NCBI GenBank assembly: GCA_051362555.1
Contig: CM120645.1
Span: forward strand, 9,610,001-9,674,000
Reading direction: 5' to 3'
DNA: 64,000 nucleotides
Origin: Lingula anatina
Lineage: Eukaryota > Animalia > Brachiopoda
The position numbers and the translations under genes were made by a program. The notes beneath the pieces are model-generated. The model had not been told where the DNA came from and ran no database searches. It saw only the letters and a program-made list of their open reading frames with translations. Below are positions 23,090 to 40,100 of the stretch, in pieces (within the stretch, counting starts at the first letter, position 1; each line of letters opens with the position of its first letter).

Positions 23090-24153
23090 TACCGTACTGC
23101 ACATTTTGCTTTCACCACCAATATGTACTTTTTGATAGCGTAACTCGAAAACCGTTTGGAATACAAAAAAACGGAGACCACCCCCAGTGTTGGGCTTTAC
23201 ATGCTCTACAAAATGCAAAAAAGAATGGGTCTCTAGCATTAACGGTTCCGGAATTAGAGACAGTTTTCAGTTTCGGCATCTTATGGCCGTTACTCCAGTG
23301 AAAATGCACCGATTGACCCCAAATTCACGGAGATGAAAGATGACCTGAAGGGTAACACTTTCCAATAATATTATTGGTTAAGTCTGTGTGGTGTCTGAAT
23401 AACAGGGCAAAAAAAAATTTTTCATAAAAAATATTATTTTTTTGAAAATTTTGGCCCGTTTGACCTTGAAGTAAAGGTCAAAGGTCAAATCCAAGGGCAT
23501 ATTTGAAATCTACACATATGACTTTTGGAAAGCCGTCTGTAGAAATTTTTCCCATAACCCCTTCCGTAGGGTAGATAATTAGCATTTAATTTTGCCATTT
23601 TTGGACAAGGGTGCATTGCAATGAGTGCCACACCCAGACCCCAATACCGGCAAAGCCCAAATTTTACGTGGAACGAGCTGAGATTATAGGTGACCTAAAT
23701 CCAAGAGATGGGTATGGGGGCCCTTACCGTCTAGGAGGAGAAGCGGTAACGGTAGCCGTCCGGCAGAGCCGGCGGAACGATCCGGACGAGACCGAAACCA
23801 TGTGTACCGCCATCGCTAATGCTGGTGGTACAATGATAATAATTTTTTATACAACTGACACCTGCAGTCTAGGATAAATATTTTATTGGATATACAGATA
23901 AAAATGAACAAGATATACTACTTCCCACAACATACACACTCCCTCGTACTCACACACCATGAACTTCAATTATTTTTTTAAACTCTAAGATTGCTCCCAT
24001 AATGTAAATTCAAACACACAATTTTCCTACTCTGATTAAGGGAGAAACACTGTCCTAAAATTGATCACTTTGCTGACTGCGACAAACTGGACATTTCTGG
24101 TCGGCTTTACCCAGATTTAGCTGTTCTTGATGGCCAATTTGTACTATCTTTGA

Positions 24154-27805
<3,652 letters not shown>

Positions 27806-28145
27806 CGTGAAATTGGTTTCTAACAGACATCGATATTTAAAAGGTCGGCAAGACGCACCAATTTAAGGTTTTGTGATTTCTCAGTTATAGTCTGAATAAA
27901 AGGGAGATAATGGCATGGCTCTTTACAATGAAGTTGCGTAATGTTGTTCAGGTTGTGACACTAAAAATATTTATTAGACATGGAGTTAGTCTTTTCTTGA
28001 TACCAAAGGTCACGAAGATCAGAGAGGTCACGTTGATTCAGTGATCGCAGGTGGAGATTGTTGGACGTACTTTCATTAATTCAAGGGAGGCTTTAGAGTA
28101 GAGCGATGGATTAATTCCAAGGATTTTATTTAACCAGATATCAGT
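27806..28145. promoter_or_regulatory. Compact bidirectional promoter between SLC35E3 and the ankyrin-SAM gene
   Basis: Divergent ATGs 340 bp apart; CpG-rich relative to the gene bodies; AGGTCACG repeated at 28007 and 28025. Confidence 0.65.
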
Positions 28146-31100
28146 ATGGGAAAGGAGAGCGATTTCTTAAAGGCGGTGAAGGCGAGCGATGTCGAGAAAA
28201 TTGAGGTACGTGGGACTTGTCAAGTTTCTGAGTGTGAAACGTACAACTTGTACTACAAGTACAAGGGCTCACTGTATGACTTTTGACTGGCGCCTCTGTT
28301 TTATCGACCGTCGAAGTATAATAAGTGTGGGAAGAAGCTGTGATTTATATAAAGCATCAGATTAGACTAAGTCTCTATAATATTTAAAGTTATTTTGTGC
28401 TAATAATTAGATGTTTTAAAACTTTATAAGTATTGATTTGTTTACACTACAGATTTATTGCATTTGTATATTTTAACAAGGAAGTCGATTGAGCAACTTT
28501 CACTTTTATAGTAACTGTATTCTTAAAAAAAACTGACTAATATGAAAAGTTTTAAAGTTATATTCTCATAATAATGAGTCAACGGTCTATTTTTCTCACT
28601 TCTGTTTGCATTGCATTTGTGTATGGGGTGCGGAGGTCATGGGAAAATTATATTTTGCTTGATCGGAACTAATAAATTATTTTCTAAACATGTGCATTTA
28701 TAAAAGGCTTTAATGTGTTTTGAATGTACAATTTTTAAAGACAAATAACGTTATGCATTAAAGAGAAAGAAAATTATAAATCACCAGGAAGTGATTTCTG
28801 TTCTGTTCCATAAAGCACTGTTTGAAGTTAGTCATGAACTTTCATTTCCAGAAACTATACAATCCAAGCTCTGGATCTATTATGCGTAAGAAAGACAAGC
28901 ATTTCCCGACTACGGAAGAGCTTCTAAAGACCAATCAAATCATCCATCTGCGACATCTCAATGTGAACTGTCAGGAGGAAGATTCAGGATATACCCCGCT
29001 GATCATAGCAGTTCTTAATGGTGAGTACGGAGATGACTTTCAATAGACTAGATAAAAAGCAGGACAACATTGGATTCATCTGTTCAGCGTATCTGATTAT
29101 TTGGATTGGGGATGTGCACATTGCTGTTCGTATGGTACAGATATGTTGTTTTGATGGTTATTTTTCATTACAGATCTATAAAAAATAGGAAAAAAAGAGA
29201 AAATAAGGTACATGTACAGAGTTGGTGTGGAAATAGTGATTTCAGTGAAAAAATGGTGCAAAGTACAAAAAGAAGATTGGATTATCTGTTTTGCACAAAT
29301 TAATGTTAAAAGCACAATCCTACAGACTTCATATCATAATAACATAAATATATGCCAGATTTTAGCAGTCATCACTAAGAATGAAGAAGAAATTCAATGT
29401 CCATGAATAATGGCTATGGAATTGCAGGCCCGTAGCCAGGGGGGGTTCGGGGGGTTCGAAAGAACCGCTCCTTTTGCTGGGAAAAGGTCCACTCTGGGTA
29501 AAATTTGATCTAGGTACATGAAGTTTTTATGGAAAAAGGTCCACTATTTCAGAAAAAGAACCCCCCTTTTGAAATTGCTGGCTACGGGCCTGAATTGTCA
29601 TAGGTGAAAAGATGGCATTTAAATATATGCCCTGTCCTTATGTCTGTTATACATTTGTAGTTGAGATAAAGGTGCTACAGAATCTCTGTTTACTTAAATC
29701 TGTCCTCTTTGTACATGGGGATCATTTGCCTGTGTACCAGTTTTGATCTTGATCAAAATCAAAATAAGAAAAAAATACAAGATCACCACCTTTCTTTTGG
29801 GTTGGTCATGCAAACAAGTAGACAGGAGTCCCCGTTTAAACAGCCCCATGACTTGTAATTTGCACTGGAACATGATTAATTAACTTGTTTTTGTGCTTTA
29901 TAAACACTAACTGCTCGCCTTATAGGGACATTGGGTTAATTTTTGTACAGAAAGCACATAAATATTTCTCATACATTTTTTTCTTGTGGATATTTTATTT
30001 AAATGCAAAATAATAAAGTGCAGTAGGCAAGGGGTTAAAATTGATAGACAAAGAAGAAAGAACAGAACTGTAAAGGATGCTTCAGCTGTTTAATTTTGAT
30101 TTATAGGTTTGGTAAGAGACCTTTGTACAGAAGGGGGAAGCATATATCATGCTTGCTCTGTGAGCCTGCCTTTAAGTCACCTTGCTTGTATTAAGCTTGT
30201 CTGCTTAGGTGCTGACATTAGAACACAAAACTAATCACGCGTGAAAAATTAAAATTCTTTTAGTAGGTTACAGGAAGATGGACTAAAAACTGGGTATACA
30301 ATATATATGTAAAAAGTTGTTTAAATCTTAACCCCAATCAGATTTACTTTTTAGAATATTTATGGAGATTCATAATTGATCCTTGGCGTCCTAGGAGTTG
30401 CTCTTACAGCATATGTTTTCCTAAAGCTAATCATTCACTAATTCAATAAAAAGTCAGTAGCAGAAAGGTATATTTTTCCATTTTCTGTACAGGTAAAATG
30501 TCTTCATCATTTAAGGAGAATTTTTATGTTCTTGGACACCGTCCTTTCTCCTGTCTTAGACTGGGTTCCAATACCTAGATTGATAAAACAGGATTGATCC
30601 ATCTTTGAGGATTTACTGACTTAACAATAATTAATTACCCCCTAGCAGCTTCAGTAGGCATGACAGACATCTAATCCGTTTAAGTTGATTGCAATTAAGC
30701 AAGAATCCCCCTTGGAGATGGATCGATCTACAGTAGGTACGATAGGGTCTGGGAATACTGTTTATCACTAGTATGGCTTACTTGAAGAAAGTTAAGGACA
30801 GTAAGGCAGTTTGTCATCTGACCGCACACTGTCTCGTACACAGGAAGCTACAGGTTTTAATGACAGCCCACGGTGAAAGGTGAGTGGTCAGTGAGTCACC
30901 ACTGGTCCAGTTAGGGTCCAGTTATGGGTTGGTCAGTGCACCTGTAAGCTAGCCCTGTTTAGATCAGGGCTTAATGGATGGAACTGGCCTGCTTCTTGAG
31001 TTGACTAGAGAAGAGAGAATGAGTAGAGAGAGAAGCCACAGAAGAGGGGTGTACTAGTAGATGGTTGGAATTAAATTTAAATCAACATTTTTCCTTCTTT

Positions 31101-34100
31101 CTTTTTACTGGTTTAATAAAGATCTCCATGTAGAAAACACATTTTGAATGATATTCTTCATTAGATGAATTCTTTAAGCAAAGTAATTGATTTATCCCAT
31201 AGATTAATTTGGCCACAGCCAGGCATTATTTGCTCACTTCCATTTTAGGATTGCCGTCAGCCTGCTTAATCAGGAATTACATCATGAGTTAATATCACCG
31301 GGCGCATCTACTTTTTAAAGAATGAAAAATGTTGATATCAGCCAAATTGTGCACCTGCTCACAAAGCCTGCTGCCTCATGGATTAATATCTACATGAATA
31401 GCAGACAAAAAGATACGGAGAGTTTCACGTAACTGTGGGAGCTCCCCGCACATCTGTTGTATTCGTCTCATGTGCGGGCTGTCAAGTAACATACCTGAGC
31501 ATAGTAATTGCAAGTTACAGTCACTTTCAGACCTGCTAGACACAAAAATGGGTTTCAACACTCTCACCGTCTTGTATGAAAATTGACAAGTAATAAATAT
31601 ACTTGTAATCTTGAAAATTCTGATGTCATTAGTGTTAGTTTACTATGATATTTTACAGTAATCATCAAGAAAGTCATTATCTAATTTGATGATAAATTGC
31701 AACCAACGATGGCAAATCAGTGATGAAGTAGCAAAATTAAATGATTATCTCAACTTCTGTAATGATGTTATTATTTCTAGCAATTGGGAAAGAACATGTA
31801 TTCATGCACTATAAGAAGGTGCAAAAGAAAATACTGGCCCCAAGGCAAAATGTCTGACAACTTGTAATGTATACTAGTAATGAGTCCCCAACCCCAAAGG
31901 GGCACAAGGTGGCCTAAAGGGGTGTCGTTTTGGCAGGTGACATGTAATATAGAGGGAGCCTCAAGGAATTTTCTGACAAGTGATGGTTTAAAATAAAGTG
32001 ACAGGCTATTCTCTCCAGAGCTTCAGGTGCTTTTGTTAAGGAGTGAAAAAAGACTAGCAGGACAAGTTTGTCATTTTGAAAAGGGAAAGTGGCATTGCTG
32101 AGATACTAGCATGTTGTCTTGAACCCACCAGACAAGTCCTAGAAGTAGTTGATAGAGTACCATATTTGCAAGGCTTTGATTTGAAATAATGGGAAAAAAA
32201 GCAACTGCAGAACATTTGCAGTTGGCATTTTTTACAGATGTTAGAAAGTAGTTTATATAAATCAAACTGGCAATGACAAAAACATTTTTTGTCCATACAC
32301 CCCTCCTTCTTTCTCTCCCTCCCCCCTCTCCCCTTCCATGTGGTAGGTTGTTATGGGTAATAAGAAGCAAACTCTGTAATTTTTATACCGCCTTAGACTC
32401 CTTGGGATTTGAATAATCCAGCACCATTATTCTTCAACATGGTTCTGAATGTTCTGTTCTACTTGGTCAAGCTGCTTAGGCACGTTTTGAAAAGAAATTG
32501 GCACTTCTGTGATCAGATTTGTGTGGTAATTGGTTATTTGGAAGTTGTTGGAAAGTATCAAGAACTTGTACTATACACTGGAGTTATATGTACTAGCACA
32601 TGTATCCTGTCATTGATGATGACTTATTTGAACTTCCTTGCCAGAGATGTGATTGATGATTTTATCATAGAGTGTGACTAATGGATTTAAGTATTTGAAG
32701 GAAAAAGCAGAAAAAAAAAAAATCTAGTGAGGTATTAGTTAAAGTATCATGCAGGGGTGTAGGGCGTACCTTGAAATTCAATTGAAATACCTGAACGTAT
32801 TTTTTCTCCCCAACAGCCATGGTAAATTTAAGATGTAATTGAAGGGCAGTGTTATTGAATTTTACACCCTTCTCAGATGCTTGTGGTTTCAGTAAGTATT
32901 TTACTCTTTTATTATCAGTTCTCATGCTTTCAATCAACCTAGGCTATGTGTTCAGTGAGTCAATTCATTTTGGGGAGTTTTCAGGCCTTAGAACATTATC
33001 AATAAAGTAAAATTCACAATAAAGATTTTTGGAAGTTTTTTTAAATATATCTGCAAGACATAGGTGTATTTATTTCAAGCTCACCAATGAATTGTTGAAA
33101 CAGACTTTGTTGTTAGATTTTTTTAAAGGAAAAAAAGCAACTGTATTGCCTCATGCAGAGAGCAGCAATGGTGGAGACAGATCTGTCAGTCCAAGGTCAG
33201 AGTTTTCGTGCAGACCACATTTCCAGTGACAAATTATAAAGGGGAAATGTATTTAATAACCTTATATATGTATATAACTAGACCCCCCCCCCCCCCAGCC
33301 TTGACTGAATGGAGCATTTATTAGCTACTAGTTGCGCTAACTGAACTGACAAAAAGACTTAACATCTGCATCTACAGACACTCCCCCCCCTGTTGAGATC
33401 TGACTTAACTCGTGTGTAATTTTTATTAACGGGAATACCTTATACAAAAATTGTGCCATTTTGATTACAGTTCTTAGATACACTTCAGTTTCAGCATAAG
33501 TTGAGGTAATACATAAAGGGAGAGAGGTTGATAATGCAAGGTAGGACAGGGTCATCATTAATGCATTTTCTCTTTGCCACTGTTGATTGAATGCCAGAAG
33601 ATTGCAAGGTAGTTGAGGGGGGAGGGGATCTATACAATTATAGCAGCACAAGTGCTTGCTTTAAGAAAACTTCCAATCTGTCATAGAATTTTATGTAGAG
33701 CTTCTGTACATGATAATCAAAGGTCAATATAGACAAAAATAGGTCTCATCCTCTTTGATACAATTGCATGTTCGAATGAAAAGGAAAGAGGACTGTACTG
33801 TAATAGGATGAAGTTTATGTGAAAAGGTAAAAATGACTGGTGGTAATAAGAAGATCAAAATGTCACCAAAGGATTGCTGTGTTTGTAATAAATTTAAATT
33901 GGTTGTTTTGCACTTTATACTTCAGACCTTCCAAAACCTAACAGGATGTTATTTAATACAAACTCTGCTATCGTTTTGTTTTTGATATAATTACGTTTCA
34001 TGATATGAGGTTGGGTTTATTAAGGCTAAATTTACTGATAAGTGAATTTCTGGGTGTAATGTTGTGCGTGTTTAAAATAAAAATAAATCACTATAGTATG

Positions 34101-37100
34101 TCCTAGTACACATAAGTTATATTTACATTAGATAAGCACTGGAGAACAGATTAGATTAGCTGACTCCAATTTCACTCTTGTTTTGAAATAAACTACTCCA
34201 CATTCGTAATGTAGCATGCTTATGAAATTATGCAGCATAGCACAAGACACCCATTTTATTGTTCAGTTATGTATTTTGTATACTTAGCATTTTGCAATTT
34301 CTTTTTTAGTTGCAGAGGTCCAAACTCAATAGAATCTTTTTTTTTTTTTTTTTTTTTTTCAGTCTGGCATTGTAATGGGGGGGGGGGGAGTACCGTATCT
34401 CTAATCAGAAATTGCTTAATTGATAAAAAAAATATGTACTGTAACTGTTCATGACTGTTCCTTACCCATTCATTTTGACCCAGTACCAGCTTTTCAATGG
34501 ATATCACAAGGGGAAGAAAAGTCCAAGCTATTCTACCATTACTGTAAATATTTACAACATGGTTTTTGCATGGGGTAAAAATGTGGTATCCTGTTACAGT
34601 GTTACATCAGACAGTAGTGACTCAGTGCCAGTAATTTTAAGAACAGGCAGCCAGATATTGCAGACAAAACACCCATAAAACACAACAATCACTTACAGAG
34701 TGATACCCAAGGTTATTGCCAGAAAAGCCTGACTTTGTGTATGATTGCTTTTTTGTTGTAAGTAATCACTGGCCTAGGCTGCTCGAATCCAGGGAATAAA
34801 TCCACATTTTCCTCGGATGTGAAAGGCTGTACAAATGTAAAATGTTGAGAGCATCGACAAAATTTGATCTTTTAAAAATATAGTGTATATTAATTATCAA
34901 AGACACCGAACCGATCACTAGTATAGATCTCTGATTTGGTGTGAAATTGGTTATTTTGGCTTATTTTAATATATACCATGGTGCCTTCAGTGTTAAAAAG
35001 GATCATAGAAGTATTAACCCAAATTTAGTCAGACTTCATGCTCTGATAAACTTTGACAAACTTTGATACCACTGGTGTCATTGAAGTAAAAAGATCATAT
35101 TCCACATCCTGTACTTCCCAATGAAAGGAAAGAAAAGACTTGTTGCTTTAGATCATGTCAGTCTAGATAATAACAGTTTAATGATTTTATGCTTAAATGT
35201 AAAAAGTCCCCAGATATTTATATAGTGGCAATTCTTAACTGACTCAAGTTTCAATTACTTGTTGTTGACGGTCAGCAAGCACTTCTCTGCATGCTCATGG
35301 TTCACTTCTTCTTCAGTGCATCTTTTTCAATCTCTATGGAAAACTGACCATAGAATTTAATTAGCATTAATATTGTTCCATATACTAACTCATTTTCACC
35401 TTGAAATTAAAAAATTCCTAATTGTAACACTAAGCTTGGCTATTGTTACATTACATGTGAATTGTATGTTATTTATGAAATATTTTTTAAGGGACCATTC
35501 CCAGACCCTGACTGTGGATCGATCTATCTCCAATGAGGTTCTTGCTTAATTGCGATCAACTTAAGTGGCTTAGATAATCTAAGCAGGTTATCGAATACTT
35601 AGATGTCTGCCGTGCCTACTGAAGCTGCTAGGGGTAATAAATTATTGTTTAGCAGCTTTGATAGGCATGCTAGACATTTAAACTGCTTAAGCTGAAAGCA
35701 ATTTAGCAAGAAACACCTCGGAGATGGATCAATCCTGTTAGACGGATATAGGTATGGGAACCCAGTCTAAGAGATTCATATACTTTTTCATTGGCATAGT
35801 TCCCAAACAAATACCTTTACCAATGACTGTTATCTGAAACATATTGTTCTCCGAGGAACTATCTTGAACATGTTTGGATAATTTCTCAGTATTATATGGT
35901 GTGGTTTTCCTTGAGATAGTCATTGCTATTATGGGAACTAGTTGTAGCCTGCACTGTTTGGAAAAGAACATTTTAAAGGTATGGTACCTGGGCTTTTTTC
36001 ACCAAATCAAGTTTTTCTTCAAGAATAAAGCAATCTAAAAGGTATCCTATTTGGGATTTTTGCACCAAAGTGATTTTTTTCACAAAAAAAAGCAATTTTC
36101 TCCTTCTCACAGAAGTCACTGCTTGATCCATAATGCACTTGAGTTGATGTTTTGTACCATTTCAAATAATTAATTTAGTTTTGAATGTTTCATGAAACAT
36201 TTTGACTGCCATTTTCCTTATATTTTATGTGAAAAGTTCTGCGCAGAATCAGGAATGGCCTCATTTTCATTCATAACAAGTAAATGACTGCAGAGTTTTG
36301 CATGATGACCATGTTCTTTGTATAATTTTTAAAAAAAATCATTCGGTGCATGATTATGTAAGATACCAAGGCTTGGACCTTACAATATTAGATTCTAAAG
36401 ATTAAAAAATATATTAACATCACTACACTTCAAATCAACTCATTTAAGGGGTTTTATCATTTAAATATCTAGATTTTGAAAGAAAAAAAGCTTTGCAGGA
36501 TAAGAATAATACTTCGTAACATGTTCAAACACGTGCAGGATACCTTTAAGGGCGATGGAGGCACACTCACACGTGTATGCATACGTCTGTATTTATATTA
36601 CAGATATGTATGTTACAAATATCTGGATGTCTGTTTCCATTGCCTGTTCTCAGCTCCATTAGCCACTAGGGTGAGAGTGCAGGCAATTAGGAGATGTTGG
36701 AATCCCAGCTGTGTTAATTATATACTAGTACTCTGAGGAATATAGCATACAGAATATGGACTTAGAAGAAGACCCTTGATATTGGTCTATATATAATAAA
36801 ATGACTGAGAAAATACATTTCATATTTCTTTTGAAATGTTTTAAATGAAATATTAAGTTTTTCTATTATGTTATAATTTACAATTTGTTAAAAGTCCAGA
36901 ATTAGGTAATAAGCATATATTTATTATTTACATAAAACTAAATTCAGTCAAGTCTCAAAAATATTCAATTTAGTTTTTTTTTTATTAAATTTTCAAATCA
37001 AAGTATATCTCACATAAATTAGCCATTCACCTCTTATAAATCCATATTAATTTCATCCAAAACCAATCCAAATTCCTATTATTTAGTTCTTATCTCAGAT

Positions 37101-40100
37101 CAACCTAATATACCAAGTACATGTCTAAGTGTTCCACCATGTAGGACATGTCAGTCACAGTCATTACCCCATCATGATATCATCTCTTTATTATTATTAC
37201 TATTATTGTTATTATACCTTTCTTCCCCACTTAATGTGTGAGTTCTCTGAGTGCCCTATTGTGTTTCTATTACCATTGATGTACCCCCTGATAAGGCCAC
37301 TACGGAAGCAAGGGAAGGTTACACAAGAGAACTTTAGACCGAAAATTGGTCCAAACTTTTAGGCTAAAAGTTTAGTCTACTTTGGCCCAAAATAGATAAG
37401 TAGAAGTCCACTTCAGTCTGAAACATTGTGTCCATTTTATTTCAAAAAAGAAATGGGTAATTTTTTAGACCAATAGTTACTTTATTGTAGTTAACTTCTA
37501 GAGATTTATCCTGACTTGAATGAAGTTGGACTTTAAAAGGTTGTGAGTTAAACATGCAGTCTGAAGTTTTTTTTTTTTTTTTAATCTGCCCCTAGCACTG
37601 TGTACTGGGGACATGTAAGGACAATGGAATACAAACAAACATGTTTATTTTTCTTTTGGTTTAAAATAACTTATTATTGTTTAAGAAGATGGGAACAGTA
37701 GGTCATCTTGTGCCAATTGTCATGTTAAGTTGAAAGTCAATAATTAATTTGTTGTATGTCATATTAAGGTCACATTGTTAAAAGAAAAGAAAGAAAAACA
37801 ATAGAAGATTTATTTTATCATCTCACATTTATATCAGTGATCTACCACATGTTTATAAATCCATGGTCAAAGTTTAAAAAAATTGGTCTTAAATGTTAGG
37901 CTTCGTTCACATGCAATGTCTATTTTCTAAATTCTATTTTCTATTTGCTTATGTCTTATGATCACGGTCTGTGGCCTGAATATCCCGCGGCTTAATTACT
38001 GGCAGCGCGAGCCAGTTACTATAAGTTACTATAAGTAACTGGCTCGCGCTGCCAGTAATTACGCGGCGGGATATTCAGGGCACAGACCGTGATCATAAGA
38101 TAGCGCAAATAGAAAATAGAAATTAGAAAATAGACATTGCATGTGAACGAAGCCTTAGTCAAGCAGTGAGACCTGTCAAAAAACTGATGTCAAAGCTTCA
38201 CGTCTGTGTGAGCAGTGAAGTTGTGGTTTTCTTGTCAACCACAGGATCAGCCAAGTGCTCAGATTGTGTCCCTGTTAAGGACAGCATTGATGCTGTATTG
38301 AAGAATGTCTCAAAGCCACAAGAATTTGCACTCTGTTAATGTGCATTCTAGGCTGAGATCGTAACGTCTAACTAGCTTATTACAGTATTTTGTATACTAC
38401 CTGCTCATGTTCTGCAAATGGCAGGTTTCTTCATTATCAGACCTCCATGGCATCAGCATTGGATTCACCTAAAATTACTCTCATTTCTATATCATAGAGG
38501 TGATTTCATGGCCAAATTTAATTTCAGAAAATCCCTATTTTAGTTCAAGTTATATGTAATTAAATTATATTTAGATGTCTTAAAGTAATATTAACTGAAT
38601 ATTTAAGTAAATTACATTAAACTTCTATACAAATCAAGTCAGATGCCAGTGTATAGTAAATGTATTTAGATGTCCAAGTTAAAATTACATAAAGTTCTGC
38701 AGAATGTTTTTAGGATTGAATAACTTCATTTATGGCTTCATCTTCTATTTAAAGTTTAAATCAGCCTTGGTCTAATTGTGTTAAAGGTCTCCTGCAGTAT
38801 GTCTTAATTCTGTTAACTGGCTTCAATATCTCTGACTTGTTAAGGAATCACTGTAATGTAATTGTCCTTGTGTATTAGTATATAAGGAGAAGAAATTGCA
38901 ATATACTGTCATTAGAGTCTTGTGTCTTCACATGAAGTAGTCAGAAGTAGTATAGAGTAGAACATATAGTCAGCAGATAGAAGTGGACCAGTGACACCAA
39001 TACCTGGATTGTACAGAATAAAGGTAGAGATCACACAGATTGTAGTGAGTCTCTAGAAACGTAACAACGGCTTGGTGTTATCTACATAATGTTTAAAAAA
39101 GAAAAAAAAAGAAATTGAAAAAGATTGGCTTAATATCATTATGAACTAACAAATGATGAGTTCTATTATATTTCTCATTTTCAGTCAGAATTTAAGAATT
39201 CTGATTGACAGAACCTTTGGAAAGAAAATCAGCTTGAATATATATATGCATATGCACCTTGTTTGATTGAACAGCTTAATTAGGTTAATCAGATTAAGTA
39301 TTGATTTTCGCACTCACATTAGCACCTGCTGTGTCAGGGGGTCTTAATTAGACCTGAGAGCTGGATAACAATAGGGATCTGTAGGGATTTAATTGAAGTG
39401 GACAGTGGTCAATAATAGAGTACCAGGCTCTTGTTGTGGACAGAGTGGTCAAGAGGGGCATGTGCTTGCAAGGTCAAACTAATGTGTCTTTGGGCACATT
39501 CAGAACATGTTGATCTGTGGACTAACTGATCCACGGATCAAGTATGACTGGCTCACTTGTAAGCTTGCTGCACAATCACCTAACAGACACTGAATAGATT
39601 TCCTGTGGGGATTACGTGGTAAACTTACAAGTTGATCGGCCAATTTTGATCCACAGATCTGTTCGTTCATGGATCAACTTCTGTTGTGATTGTGGCCTTT
39701 GCGAGTCTTGTGAAAATGAGGCACAACTGAAATAAATTTAATTTACTCATACTAGCTAGTTGAAAATTAACACTTGCGCTTGAAAGAATTTTAAAAATGA
39801 CAAAAAAATATATTGTTGTCACATGAAATATAAGGCAACATGTGCCACAGGTGCATTTGCAGATAATAGCAACCTTGTGGGATGTGATATTATGTGAGTC
39901 ACTCTGTTAGTTCCATTGAAAGAAAGATCTGGTAAAAGGCATTGAGATACACATAACTTGACGTTTCGCCCTAAAAAAAATAATGCAGTAAGGAAAATGT
40001 TCATTAGAATGATTCACTAGATACAGTATGATAAATTTATTTAATAAAAATCCATGTACGTTTACATGGCCTCTATATTCTACACAGATTCTGAAATATT

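Larger units (their letters stand above)
19175..23836 (-). mobile_element. Helentron/HINE-like non-autonomous element (outer) carrying a 146-bp tandem array and nested insertions
   Basis: Subterminal inverted repeats ATTGTACCACCAGC (19211-19224) / GCTGGTGGTACAAT (23821-23834); adjacent partial IR at 23803-23814; short GC hairpin at about 19189-19205, followed on the minus strand by CTAG-TT. Confidence 0.75.

Noticed and set aside
22807-23309. Paired similar ORFs on opposite strands
   Set aside because: They are the two arms of a foldback MITE, not a transposase.
39004-39081. Minus-strand AG...GT bounded segment as a coding exon of an antisense nested gene
   Set aside because: All three frames contain stops.
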